Shown: piece after piece, positions 52,985 to 64,000 of the stretch | How the letters are laid out: each line of letters opens with the position of its first letter | How positions within the stretch are numbered: the stretch's first letter is position 1 | Source: Octopus vulgaris | Lineage: Eukaryota | Direction of reading: 5' to 3' | Assembly (NCBI GenBank): GCA_951406725.2 | Contig: OX597816.1 | Location: 124,496,001 to 124,560,000 of the forward strand | Length of the DNA stretch: 64,000 nt | Translations under genes and position numbers: made by a program | The notes under the pieces: generated by a model | Seen by the model: only the letters and a program-made list of their open reading frames with translations | The model's database searches: none | What the model was told of the DNA's origin: nothing

Positions 52985-54830
52985 TTCAAAGTTGAAACAG
53001 AATTTGAACTAAAATTTCAAAAGAATGGGACTGAATGTATAAGGCATTTAGTGCGGTAATTTTATAGTTTCCTTTAACTTCCCTTAAATTTATAGTCATA
53101 TTTCTTATTCCTCTATAATAGATGAGATTGCTGGCACGCTGCCTAATGGGGGAATTCTCTCTCACTTTTCTCATTAATTGGCTTCACAGTGGACAGTTAT
53201 TGCAATATCTAACTGGCATTTGATAGCATTTCTTTAAAAGCCAGCTTTCTAGGTGATAACCTTGCTTAATACTGTCTAACGTTGATAACATGAAATGATT
53301 TCGTGTTTTATATAGAAAGTTATTGAAGTTGAACAGTTTGGGAGTGTTGAACCAAAGAGAAAATATTCAAAATCCTACGGTATGGTCATAAGCAATATAA
53401 ATTATGTATCCCAATCAATGAGGTTAAAATATGTGTCGTTATTATTCAGCGAATTAGTAATGATAATAGAAGAGTGTTGTAGATTGCTGAGGGCAATGTG
53501 AAATATGAAAGCAATTAATGCATTATAGAAGGTGATAGTAAATTTAACATAAAGAATAACACTAGCAAAGATTTTGGACAGTTACTTTACAAACATCTAA
53601 TTAATTTTGACATTTCGTGTTAAAACACTTTTACAATGACTTGAAAAAATAAGAAAGAAACATGAAGTTCACGTCCCTTCCATTGGCGTGTCGAATTCTT
53701 GTATGTGTTATTCTCATTGCCAAGTGCGTAGAAATGTGTGCTTCAGAATGTGTTCCATGGGCTGTCATTGGCAAAGCAGGTTGATATATTGAATTGGACC
53801 AATTGAATCATCCATTTATTATCATCATCTCTTTCTATCAATGTTTACACAGAGTGTTTAAAAAAATGAACTAACCTATTTAGCATACATGAGTTGTAAA
53901 AACGTAGAAAGTTTGGTCACCTACTCCAGATGTTTTCGAAAGACGCTAAAATGAACGGACAACCAGCTCCCCTTACCTGTCGTCTTCAGAGCCCTACATC
54001 CAAGAAACGAAAATTTTCCTCAGGTACTTCTTGCTAAAGTTACAAACTTATAGAGATAGTATATTTGCTTGACCACGCCTAAGAATGGATTATAGTTCTG
54101 ACTCGTCCAAGAAGAAATAGATCAGAACCTTAAGCACGTTGGCGTGTTACCCCATTTGTAATATAGGGATGTGCCTTCATACTAACGTACTATTTTATTT
54201 TTTAGTTATGATGCTTAGTCTTCTATTTGCACTGCTATTGGCTTCCATAACGCATTAATTTTGAAATTATTAGCTTAACTAGTATCAACCTGTAAAGCTT
54301 TCAAAAGTTACCAGATGTATTTGATAGTGTACTTCAGCATGGCTGCAGCTTATCTTAGTATCTGGAATATTGGGTCGGTAGAATAATCCTTATTTGTTGC
54401 AGATACTACAAATAATGCATGCGTAGCATAATACTTTGATTAGTATATAATTCCTTATATTCACATAAGTCGGAAGAAGTTTAATCAAATTTAAAGTTCG
54501 TAGTTTCAATGTTCTTCAGCACTGGTGAGTGTATTCTGAGATTTTGCTTCTATATTGAGCCAATCTGAAACGATGTAAAGGTCTTCTTGATTAAGTTGAA
54601 AACAAAATAGTAATAACCAATCTCATAGTTCAAGTATGATACCGTTGTAAAGTGGTTGCAAAATAAATAACTAAAGGGAATACCGTTTGGACGGAGGAAA
54701 TTGAAATTATTTCATTTCTGATTGAAGCTTAAAGGTTTTTGTTGAGATCAAAGGGAAACTACTTGTTGAGATTAAAATCAGCATAGTAATATTGTAGTCA
54801 GAAAACAATATTAGAATTTGTGGTGAATTA
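52985..54830 (-). pseudogene. Cys-loop receptor pseudogene, split by a probable Tc1-like fragment (about 53846-54190)
   Basis: One frame from 53820 reads NKWMIQ...STC...SFLFFQVIVK...CPKSLLVLFFMLNLLSP (TM1)...LLSYFTLPSAIYNTLLLSL (TM2)...LIG/YIIY (TM3); ALNALYIQSHSFEILVQILF (TM4). Upstream FQLNQED..IVSDWLNI is weak. Confidence 0.5.
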
Positions 54831-55101
54831 GATTATTTCATTACATTCTGGATTCTATTTATGTTTATGTTGCTGTTTAACCCCTCCCTACCCTCAGACC
54901 AATCTTGATCAAGAAGTCCTATGAAGAAAGGGGTTCTAACCGTGATCTTTTCTTTTTTTCTATTTTTGTTTATCTAGGCTACATTAAAGAATGTGTCGTT
55001 TCTTTTTAAGAAAATGGTGTATGATTTAATGGAGATTGAGCTACTGCTATTTCTAGCAGATTGATCTACGACATAGTGGCTACTGTAATGTCTACTAATT
55101 A

Positions 55102-55505
55102 ACCTTTCTACTATAGGCACAAGTCTTGAAATTTGGGGAAGGAGGATAATCGATTACATCAATCCCAGTGTTTTACTGGTACTTAATTTATCGACCTCGA
55201 AAGGATGAAAGGCAAAGTCGACCTCGGCGGAATTTGAGCTCACAACGTTGCGACAGGAGAAATACCCATTTCTATTTCTTTACTACCCACAAGGGGCTAA
55301 ACACAGAGAGGACAAATAAGGACAGACAAACGGATTAAGTCGATTACATCGACCCCAGTGCGTAACTGGTACTTAATTTATCGACCCCTAAAGGATGAAA
55401 GGCAAAGTCGACCTCGGCGGAATTAGAACTCAGAACGTAACGGTAGACGAAATAGGGCTACGCATTTCGCCCGGCGTACTAACGTTTCTGCCAGCTCGCC
55501 GCCTT
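55102..55505 (-). mobile_element. SINE family A two-core form with 14-bp target-site duplication
   Basis: ATGTCTACTAATTA at 55088-55101 and 55506-55519. Confidence 0.92.
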
Positions 55506-55927
55506 ATGTCTACTAATTATGTGGGCCGTGTTCTTGAGCAAGACACTTTATTTTACGTCATTCCAGTTCACGCAGCTGTAGAAATGAGTTGCGGCGTCTC
55601 TGGTGCCAAGCTGCACCAGCCTTTGCTTTTCCTTTGGATAACATTGGTGGTGCGGAGAAGGGAGGCTGGTATGCATGGACGACTGCTGGTCTTCCACAAA
55701 CAACCTTGTACGGACTTGTGCCTTGGAGGGGAACTTTCTAGGTCCAATCCCATGATCAATTATGACCGAAGAGGGTCGTTTTTTTTCACTAATTATAACT
55801 GTATAATTATCTTGAATTAGCAATCTGGAAAATTCAGAAAGTCGTGCTTTTTTATCTTTTGCTTTGAAAATCAAGGACACATTTCAATTGATTGATTGCC
55901 ATCTGTCAATAACGACCATATTTAAGA

Positions 55928-56858
55928 CTAGCAGCATAACCCGGCGTTGCCCGGGTATATAAGAGCCCCTAGTAGGCAACGACTAATCCCAATCTAGTCC
56001 TTTCCCTCTAGGGAACGAAGGGGCATGTGTAGGTTGCAATGTCTTCTCTTCACTCGAATACTTCTGTGTATACGATGTTCCTAGCTGTCCCTTTGGGCGA
56101 AAACATGAAAACATCATTGCGCCTCCCAACGCGTGAACAGCCCACGTAGAGTTGACCGTGGGCGAAGCACTGTTTTCCCAACTGTAACCCAGCGACTTGT
56201 AGCGTTTGGCCTTGGGATTTATTGATGGACATTGCAAAGCAGAGTTTAACAGGAAACTGAGAACGCCTGAAGTGGATTGGTAGGTCAGCACCCGACGGTT
56301 GAAGGTGCATGCGTGGAATGAAGACGTCCTCTCCCTTCCCACAACCGGTAAGTATTGTGGCCGTTATTAAATGTGGTGGCAAATGTTTCACAACCACACG
56401 TGTGCCGTTGCACTATTTAGGTGGAACCAAACTTTTAACTTCAGGATGTGTGGCGGCAGGCCTGGCGGTTCAAGTGAATTCAGGAATTCAACAGGATAAT
56501 CGGCAAGCTCGGCGGGGTCTGCTGTCTTATCAATAGATTTGTGGACGTGGACATCACCAGGAATAGCTTCAAGTAGCTGGATATTGATGGAGTTGAGAGT
56601 TAAAAAGGTCGAGTTGCGTCCCCTAGACAGTCTGTGGTTTGTGTTTCTGATTTCGACCCCATGTAGAATTTATCGATTTTTTTCAGAATTGGGGGAACTT
56701 TTCAAAATGTTCACTGCGTTAGTTTTGAATTATGACATTGGGCTATGTGTGTGTCAAGTTTCATCAGAATCGGTTGAAAGCCGTGGTCAGGGTGAGGGTA
56801 CAACCTGACAGACACACAGACACACAGACAGACAAACTGCCGTTTATATATAGAGAGA
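55928..56858 (-). mobile_element. Complete non-autonomous Helitron (931 bp) carrying a PIF1 helicase C-terminal fragment
   Basis: Minus strand A|TCTCTCTATATATAAA at the 5' end; 3' hairpin CCCGGGCAACGCCGGG then CTAG|T; internal YPVEFLNSLEPPGLPPH.LKLK, CNGTR, QFPVKLCFAMSINKSQGQTL, HGQLYVGCSRV. Confidence 0.95.
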
Positions 56859-56899
56859 TATGCAATATCACTCTTACATAGAGCAGAGGTGTCATTTTA

Positions 56900-58060
56900 T
56901 TCTGTATATCCTAGACTGGATACAAAACAAGAGTGTGATGGAGGGAGGTAACCTTTGCTTTTAAGTTCCATTCTCTTATTCACCATAAACAAAATAATAC
57001 AATATTAATACTTTCATTAACATATTGCAGCTGTTTGTGACTTAAACTTAACACAGGATAATATTTTATTGTTTGCTGCAGTCAATTAAATTGAAATATA
57101 GATATTATATATACAGCTTAAAAGTAAATGGTTAGATTAATAAACAAACCAAACATGACTATAACTTTAAAAACACAGACCGATATTAATTTCACGAATG
57201 TCCTTTTATATAAGCCATTTGATCTCCATGTATCACGATGAGGAGAACATCTTATAGGAAATTATTTCTATTACAGTCATTTACCCTTTAGTGACACTTC
57301 TGCTGAAAGGGCTAAAAGTGGGAGATATTAATTTACAGTTAAAATTAGAATATTTGCAACAGAAAAGGCTTTCGAGAATGCATTTATACAGGACATAAAC
57401 GAATTATGGTATCAGTTTTAAATATGTAAATAACCACTAGAAAATCACAGTGTTAGAAGAAGCATAGATTCATATTAATTTGGATTATGATACTAAGGAC
57501 TAGAAAAGGCTTTTAATAATCAAATATGAATGCATGATACTTACACACATTTTTACTCGATAAATTGCACACACAAATACATACATAGTCGCCACGCATG
57601 CACACACGCACAAACATACACGTAGCAAAATATCGTTTAAATGATGTCTGTATTACAATAAGGAATATAAAGCATTCTCTGTTAATGCTCTTAGATATCT
57701 GAGTGACTTCTTGAATCGAATTTGTTTACAGTACCCAGCATTTCTCTGCGAATACTATTCATTTTATGCCAAAAGTTAGTATCCTTCCCTCCCCAAAAGC
57801 TTAAATCAGAAACTCAACTGAAACCAGTTTCAAACTTGCGACAAATAGAAGTGGAATTGACATATATTCCAGTTTGGTTTACAGCCAAATTTATCAATCT
57901 TACAAAGAAAATTATCTGCAGACATATCACCAAACTGTATAGATTTTAAAATGTATAGTAACATAACTTTATTGTATTTGTACAGATTGAGATGGAGAGA
58001 AATATATTGCCATAAATTGGAAAACTTCCAGTTCGACAGAGAAACGGACTGCAAAGTCTG
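56900..58060 (-). pseudogene. Cys-loop receptor remnant (N-terminal part best seen at 57620-58058)
   Basis: Acceptor-like TTTCAG ending at 58059; LWQYISLHLNLYKYNKVML / LVICLQIIFFVRLINLAVNQ / FS*VSDLSFWGGKD, which aligns with ISWSIKPMFNGTHD of the 11-kb copy. Confidence 0.45.
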
Positions 58061-58504
58061 AAATGTTGTAAAAATGGTGAATAATCAGCAACAATTGGGA
58101 CTAATTATAAACTGTTTTGTAGTTAAAATTCTCTTTTGACTTATTTTCTTTGAACTTTTTTAAACTCTTATTTTATTTTTTGCCAGTTTGATTTCTATTC
58201 TGCATCAATAAAAATCACATATATGTTCCATATGGAGAAATAAGTCAAGTTTGTTTTTAATATGCTTAGTAGGTGCACCTTAATATCAGAGTATGTTACT
58301 TTCAAATATTGATCTCATTTTGTCTATGTATAGAGGCAAAATGGCTGGATGAATAGTGTTGAAATAGCAGCTAATTAGTTTTAAAATCTAGTGCGTGAGT
58401 TTTATTGTATCTCATAGAAAGAGAGAATTCAAAGTAGAGCAGTTAACCCCCACATGGAGAAAAATTATCGGTAGTTTTGGGAAACGTACAAGTTACTTGG
58501 TTAC

Positions 58505-58668
58505 TCATTTAAAAGAGAATATGATCAACAAATGTGAAGCACTTCGCACTGAGGACAATAATCTATTTAGTAAATAGCAATGTATAATTTTTTTAAACTT
58601 GAAAATCACAAGGATATTTACCATACATGCGTATACACATACACAACACAAACACACACATATATATG

Positions 58669-58737
<69 letters not shown>

Positions 58738-59322
58738 TTGATATATATATATCTATGTATGCATATACATATATGCGTATGTATGTATATAGTACATGTA
58801 GCCGCTTTAGAAAAAAATGAACTATATTTCCACTCTTCTTTAAGAAAAGAGACATTATGACATCTAAACTTTGTCCAAGGACAGTAAAGACTTACATAAA
58901 ACGAATTTGCATCAACAAAAATTTGAAATCGTCTCGCCTTGGTATTTTTTGAAGCGCCCTTATTGAAGAAGAGAAATATCACTGTTATCAATAATAGCTA
59001 TAAATATCTAACAATTCGTGTTTCACTTCATTGGTGCCGTCTCAGAAAACTATATCTCTTTGTCATTTTAATTTCCAAACTTTTTCATCGATTGTTAACA
59101 ATAAATGTTTAAGCTGTCACGTACTGAGAGAATATGTAAATCCAGATAACTACACGAAACTGTTTGTTTTACAGTATTGTACGCCTCTTAATGTCAATTA
59201 TATAGCACATATACATTCTCGCAGATACTTAACTATTTATATATTAAAGAATTTAGCAGAACAAAAGGTTCGGCAGAAAAGCCATGAGCTTAAATATTGA
59301 GACGCACACACACATACACACA

Positions 59323-59383
<61 letters not shown>

Positions 59384-59641
59384 GTATGAAATAATCTCTG
59401 GATTTTGAACATGAAATTGATAACAAATTTTTCGGAAACCTCTTGGGCCCATCATGTCCCTTTTACACGTCTTAACTCTCTAGTTGCAAAATTCATTACA
59501 GTATTATCAAGAAATAACATTTCATGAATACAAAGCACTGTAACTGACAAAACCCAATGGGTAAATAGAATGGGAAATTTAAATTTGATTTGACTGTGAA
59601 TGAACTGAAAATTACTTATATTTAAATGCTGCAGGAAAATT

Positions 59642-59676
<35 letters not shown>

Positions 59677-59950
59677 CGAGAGAGAGAGAGATAGAGAGAG
59701 AGAGACAGATAGACAGACAGGCAGAGACAGAGAAAGATAGAGAGAAAACGAGAGAGAAGTAAATATTAAAAATATTAAAAATGAATAAATAAAGAGATAA
59801 GAGCGAGGTGAAACAATGGCAACTCTCAGTGGATTATTTGTGGATGAGGAGACAAATGGTCAAAGATTGATGTGTAAGATCAATACCCATATATCAGCTT
59901 GGTTATATAAAGTTTTAGTTGGCTTTACGAATACATTGTACACACACACC
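58505..59950 (-). pseudogene. Cys-loop receptor pseudogene broken by microsatellites
   Basis: QADIWV/DL (IW.PD, about 59880-59900); NFPFYLPIGFCQL (FPFD..C, about 59540-59580); YIIDIKRRT (about 59175-59205); IVRYL*LLLITVIFLFF (TM3); KEEWKY; LLNRLL (TM4). Confidence 0.6.
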
Positions 59951-60039
59951 TACATACTTGTGTGTATGTATATCTTATCAAGGTGTAGGCGCCGTGTAAA
60001 GAATAATAGGAGAAGGTACATGATTAACTGCTGATAATA

Positions 60040-60560
60040 TTTATGTAGGAAGTGAACGTGAGTGGATTCCATGAGCATGTAAATAATAGCGAGCAAAGAT
60101 GGCTGCCAAGATCCTGTGACGTACGGGATCCACAGCGATCGAGACTACTTTCGACTGAAGAGGATGTATTTCTTGAGATTTGAAGATGATATCCAAATTG
60201 TTGCTGCGTAATGAGCGAGGTCATAGAAATCGAAAGATTGGGAAGGAGTATTTCAAATGTCTAGGAAGAGGTGAGAATTGAGAAGGTAGGAGTGGGCTTG
60301 TACAGAAGACTGGTGACCGTTTAGAGATCTAAAGATGTGATGGAGATATCAAGGAATCTGATGGGTATTTGAGATATAATTGTAATGAATTCTGGAGTAG
60401 AGAGAAAGAAATGAATGTCAAAAATAATGTATAATAGAGTTGATGGCAAGGCTGGTTATTCCGATGCGCTGGTTACTATAACGGCCATGTAGCACTGCGT
60501 TAGCTACAGTGAACCAGACAAAGAAGGGTATCTCAGTGTAATGTAGACAGAAGATTACGT
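60040..60560 (-). mobile_element. Penelope-like RT remnant
   Basis: LHGRYSNQRIGITSL (compare YGRYIDDCIG), IRFLDISIT...TSLLYKPT. Confidence 0.7.
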
Positions 60561-60729
60561 AGTGTTCATGACATATAAAATTCATATGCATACGTATACG
60601 AGTATATGTGCAGTGAATGCGTATGTCTGCAAGCATGGCTGTGTGTTTCTTGATATGTGTCTGTTAATTTATTATTCGTGAGAATAAAGGAGGAAGTGCC
60701 GAAAATCCCTCGCTTTTGGTAAAATAATA

Positions 60730-60907
60730 TACAGGAGGATCAGTTAAGTATGATTTTATTCAGCATATTCCGCTCTCAGATTCACACGCATATTACAGCA
60801 GTCCTTCAGTTTTTCTAAGTCCTATAAAAGAACTCGGAAGGTTGGGCCTCCAGCCAGGCCTTTAGCGACATCCTTACAGCCATGTACTTTTTCAACACTC
60901 CCTCGTA
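60730..60907. mobile_element. Mariner-derived terminal fragment
   Basis: Ends ACTTTTTCAACACTCCCTCGTA, like the mariner TIR plus TA seen elsewhere in the window. Confidence 0.5.
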
Positions 60908-61019
60908 CATGTGCTTATATAAAAGCGTTGTCAGGTCAGTAGTTTGACTCTAACCGTTCGCATGCGCAATCATAGACTTGTAATCATATGTCACAAAAAA
61001 GATCACTCGCTACTTAAAA

Positions 61020-61395
61020 CTGACCAGTATCCCGTTATTGACTTTTTCTAACGTTTCTGTTACATCAAGCTTGTCTGTTCTTCGCTTTAAACCACGCCAC
61101 CACAAGAATTCTCTAAATTTCTCATGGAATCATTTTTTCTTTCTCTACTCATTTCAATTTCGTGCATATACAATAATTGTTCTGTGTAATTTCCTGTTAT
61201 TATTAATTGTCTGTGCTTTTGTGCACAAAGGATAAAAGGACATCGCTTCTTGCTTAGCAAATACAAACATTGTACCAAATTACAAAAAAACTCTGCTTCT
61301 CCCAACCGGATATGTACTTAAAAAGTAACTTAGACATTATGAATAAATACATTTATTGCTGACGTAATTTACGACAAATTTTTGTGGTTGCTATG
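61020..61395 (-). pseudogene. Cys-loop receptor TM1-TM3 remnant
   Basis: KICRKL...LFIMSKLLFKYISGWEKQSFFVI...RSDVL (compare L.F.LP..SGEK.SF.IT...SD.LP); TIIV further on. Confidence 0.45.
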
Positions 61396-61396
61396 C

Positions 61397-61440
<44 letters not shown>

Positions 61441-61558
61441 ACACACACACACACATACACAAGCAGACACACATGCACACACACACATATCGACTTAAAA
61501 TCCAGGAAAGCCAGTATAAATGTGTGTGTGCGTTAGTATATGTGTATATTCTAGTATG

Positions 61559-61606
<48 letters not shown>

Positions 61607-61834
61607 AAATAAGAAAATGGAGAAATACATCGAAATCAAATATCAATTACCAGATAATACTCAATCACATACTTTATTAAACCACCACATAAGAAACTAT
61701 AAGGTTAAGCATAATAATGTAGAACAAAACAGTGTACATAAAGGAGTGTACATAAAAGAGTAATGTTATACAATAAATAGAATATGTATAAGGGAATGTA
61801 AATATAAGTACATATAAATATAAATATAGACTAC

Positions 61835-61961
61835 ATCTTACAGCTGTTTCGGCCATGTAGATAAGTATGTCTCATTTTACTTATATTAGCCATTTATGGT
61901 AGGTCAATATGTAGTTATAAATCAGACATTTACAAAAATATCCTAAGGCCTCTTCGGAGAT
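61835..61961 (-). ncRNA. Hammerhead-like motif with long stem II insert
   Basis: ATCT-CCGAAGA-GGCC (about 92 nt) GGCC-GAAAC-AGCT-GTA-AGAT; palindromic stem III; U4>C core change. Confidence 0.55.
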
Positions 61962-62159
61962 TATGTGATACAAATCAGATTACATACATAATTATACATG
62001 TGTGGGTACATACCCATAATAAAACATATACATATACATATGAGTGCATATACTCATACTCCTATACATATAAATATACATATACATAACTGTAACATTG
62101 AATATGGAACATATGTATGTTTATTAATTTATATTACTTATATCATTATGTATATGTAT

Positions 62160-62440
62160 ATTTTGTAGTCTTCGAATTAGATTTTTACTTTCTGGTTTTG
62201 AGAAGCCTAATTTCTGAAGATTGGTATTTAGACAATGTCTTACATATCCTGGGGCCCCAATAATTACAGATATAAACCTGAACTCGTAATTTTGATAGAG
62301 TAGATTTCTGAATAGTTCAGCGTAGGATTTCTCTTTTTCACTGATATTCAAACTTATGTTAACATCCGCTGGGCAGCTAATTTCCACAACTGTGCACAGA
62401 TTCTCTTCTCTATCCCAACTCCTTATATCAGGTATGCGTG
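62160..62440 (-). mobile_element. Non-LTR retrotransposon restriction-like endonuclease fragment
   Basis: PDIRSWDREENLCTVVEISCPAD...EKEKSYAEL...ISVIIGAPGYV, a PD-(D/E)xK-type restriction-like endonuclease. Confidence 0.85.
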
Positions 62441-62601
62441 CATACATGCATGCATGTTCACGTATAATACTGGTGTCAAGCAGAAACGAATGTGCTTCTC
62501 ATAGTGTATCGTAAATGAGTGCATAGCTCCTTCTTGTGCTTCTGGATGATACTACCTGAACTGATGACAACTGGATTTACTGATTTGTGTACGAGTATTT
62601 G

Positions 62602-62641
<40 letters not shown>

Positions 62642-63599
62642 CGTGCGTGCATGTGAATGCCAAAATATGTCTTTCATATACTTTAACGTGAATGAGTGCT
62701 CAAATATTTAATACCAATATTGCTATGCTTTATGTCATTAATGGTGTATTGTGTAGAGGTCTGCGTGTGCTCGCTTGAGGTGTACGAAGATACCAGAGAA
62801 AGATGGCTGGTGAATTAATACCGAGGAGGGTTTGGAGAGAAAAATAAAACGCTCTTCTAAACGACACCTAGGGCTAGCAGATCCATTTTATATGACTTAC
62901 AATTCAGTTTCCATATCGTTTCAGGTAATGTGTCTGTCACCGTACATTTAAATGATGTTAAGTTTCCGTGTTCCTGATGTAGGACACTTTTAAAGTTTGT
63001 TGCAATGGAACTAAGTATGCCGTAGTTGTGTGTAGAATACTTAAGATGATTAGGAATATACTTATAAGAAATAGGACTGTTGCAGAGGAAAGAAGGTAGT
63101 TTTCTAGAAACGCAAATTAGTAATGGCTCACTTTCATTGAAACTACTTTAACAATCATAGTATTCTCTCGCTGCTTCTTATAAAATTAGAGTTAACAAAG
63201 TGTACACAGTTTTTAAAATAGAAATGTTTTTAGGGTTTACTTTGAAATAGACTTTTAATTAACAACAAAAAATATAATTGACTAGATGTGAAATGAAAGT
63301 TGTAGTTAACATGCATATGAATGTGTGTGTGTGCGTATGTGTGTGTGTGTGTGCGTGCGCGCGCACGCGCTGTAAACACGTGTACTTATATTTTTTACTA
63401 TGACAAGGAAGTAAAACAAGTATGAAAGCTAAGGTTTATATTAGATATTGTGCAATGGTTTATAAAGGAGTCATTTTTCAGGGATACTAGTATTTTAAAA
63501 ACATTTATTTATCTAGCTTAACTTGTTGAATTCCAGATTAGTTTTTCGTCATAAACAGACAAGACGAATAACAAATATTAAACTGCTTGAATAAATAAT

Positions 63600-64000
63600 A
63601 CTCTGACGAGTAAATCTCTTATATCACATATATTCTATGTTTATACACCTACCCTTGCATTTTATATATTATCCATATGACTAGGGTTTCTACTTAATTT
63701 TTAATTTAATTCATTTGTTCCCGACGTCGACTCTATCAGTCTCTTCTTTGAAAAGTACTAAACATTATTCTTGTACCAGATTCCTCAGAATCAAATTTGG
63801 TTGTCCAAACTTTTGACTTACTCATGAGAACGTTTATCTAATAGGGAAGTTTTCATTCCATAGATATACTTTCCAGTAGCTGTCATATCAATTATCTCTA
63901 TTAAGTGAAAGTGACTCATATTTCTAAACATGTGTGTTGATACCATTAACTAATACATCATCATTCTTGAATTAAAAATAGTAGTTGTGCGTTCAGATGT
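63600..64000 (-). pseudogene. Cys-loop receptor extracellular-domain remnant (may continue beyond the window)
   Basis: *(W)YDSY...LWNE, then INVLMSKSKVW/PNLILRN at 63780-63837 (compare W.D..L.W...P...VW.PD..L.N). Confidence 0.55.

Noticed and set aside
56050-56397. Host PIF1 helicase gene
   Set aside because: It lies inside Helitron termini, is truncated, and has an upstream stop and deletion.
63600-63625. CTGACGAG hammerhead-like core (also CTGACGAAAC at about 42948 and CTGAAGAGG at about 30658)
   Set aside because: No stem II plus GAAA plus NUH arrangement could be formed.

Overview
AT-rich, microsatellite-dense eukaryotic DNA with no intact protein-coding gene. The repeat inventory (tRNA-derived SINEs with a GCCTTTCATCCTTTCGGGGTCGATAAA core, RTE and R4/Dong LINEs, Penelope-like elements, mariner, Helitron) points to an octopus or other cephalopod genome; this is inferred from repeat types. 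Two signals stand out beyond the transposon debris. (1) Hand translation of the non-repetitive spacers gives about 8-11 decayed, all minus-strand remnants of Cys-loop (nicotinic-receptor-like) ligand-gated ion channel genes across the whole 64 kb. This looks like the ruin of a tandem receptor array, possibly related to the atypical AChR-like/chemotactile receptor clusters of octopus. (2) Several hammerhead-ribozyme-bearing non-autonomous retroelements are present. The clearest is a very young 1-kb palindrome in a (TA)n tract, built from a 353-bp unit (about 1.4 copies per arm, one type I hammerhead per arm). There is also a head-to-head tRNA-SINE pair with a hammerhead-like tail. All protein similarities were judged by eye from motifs, without database searches, and pseudogene boundaries are approximate.
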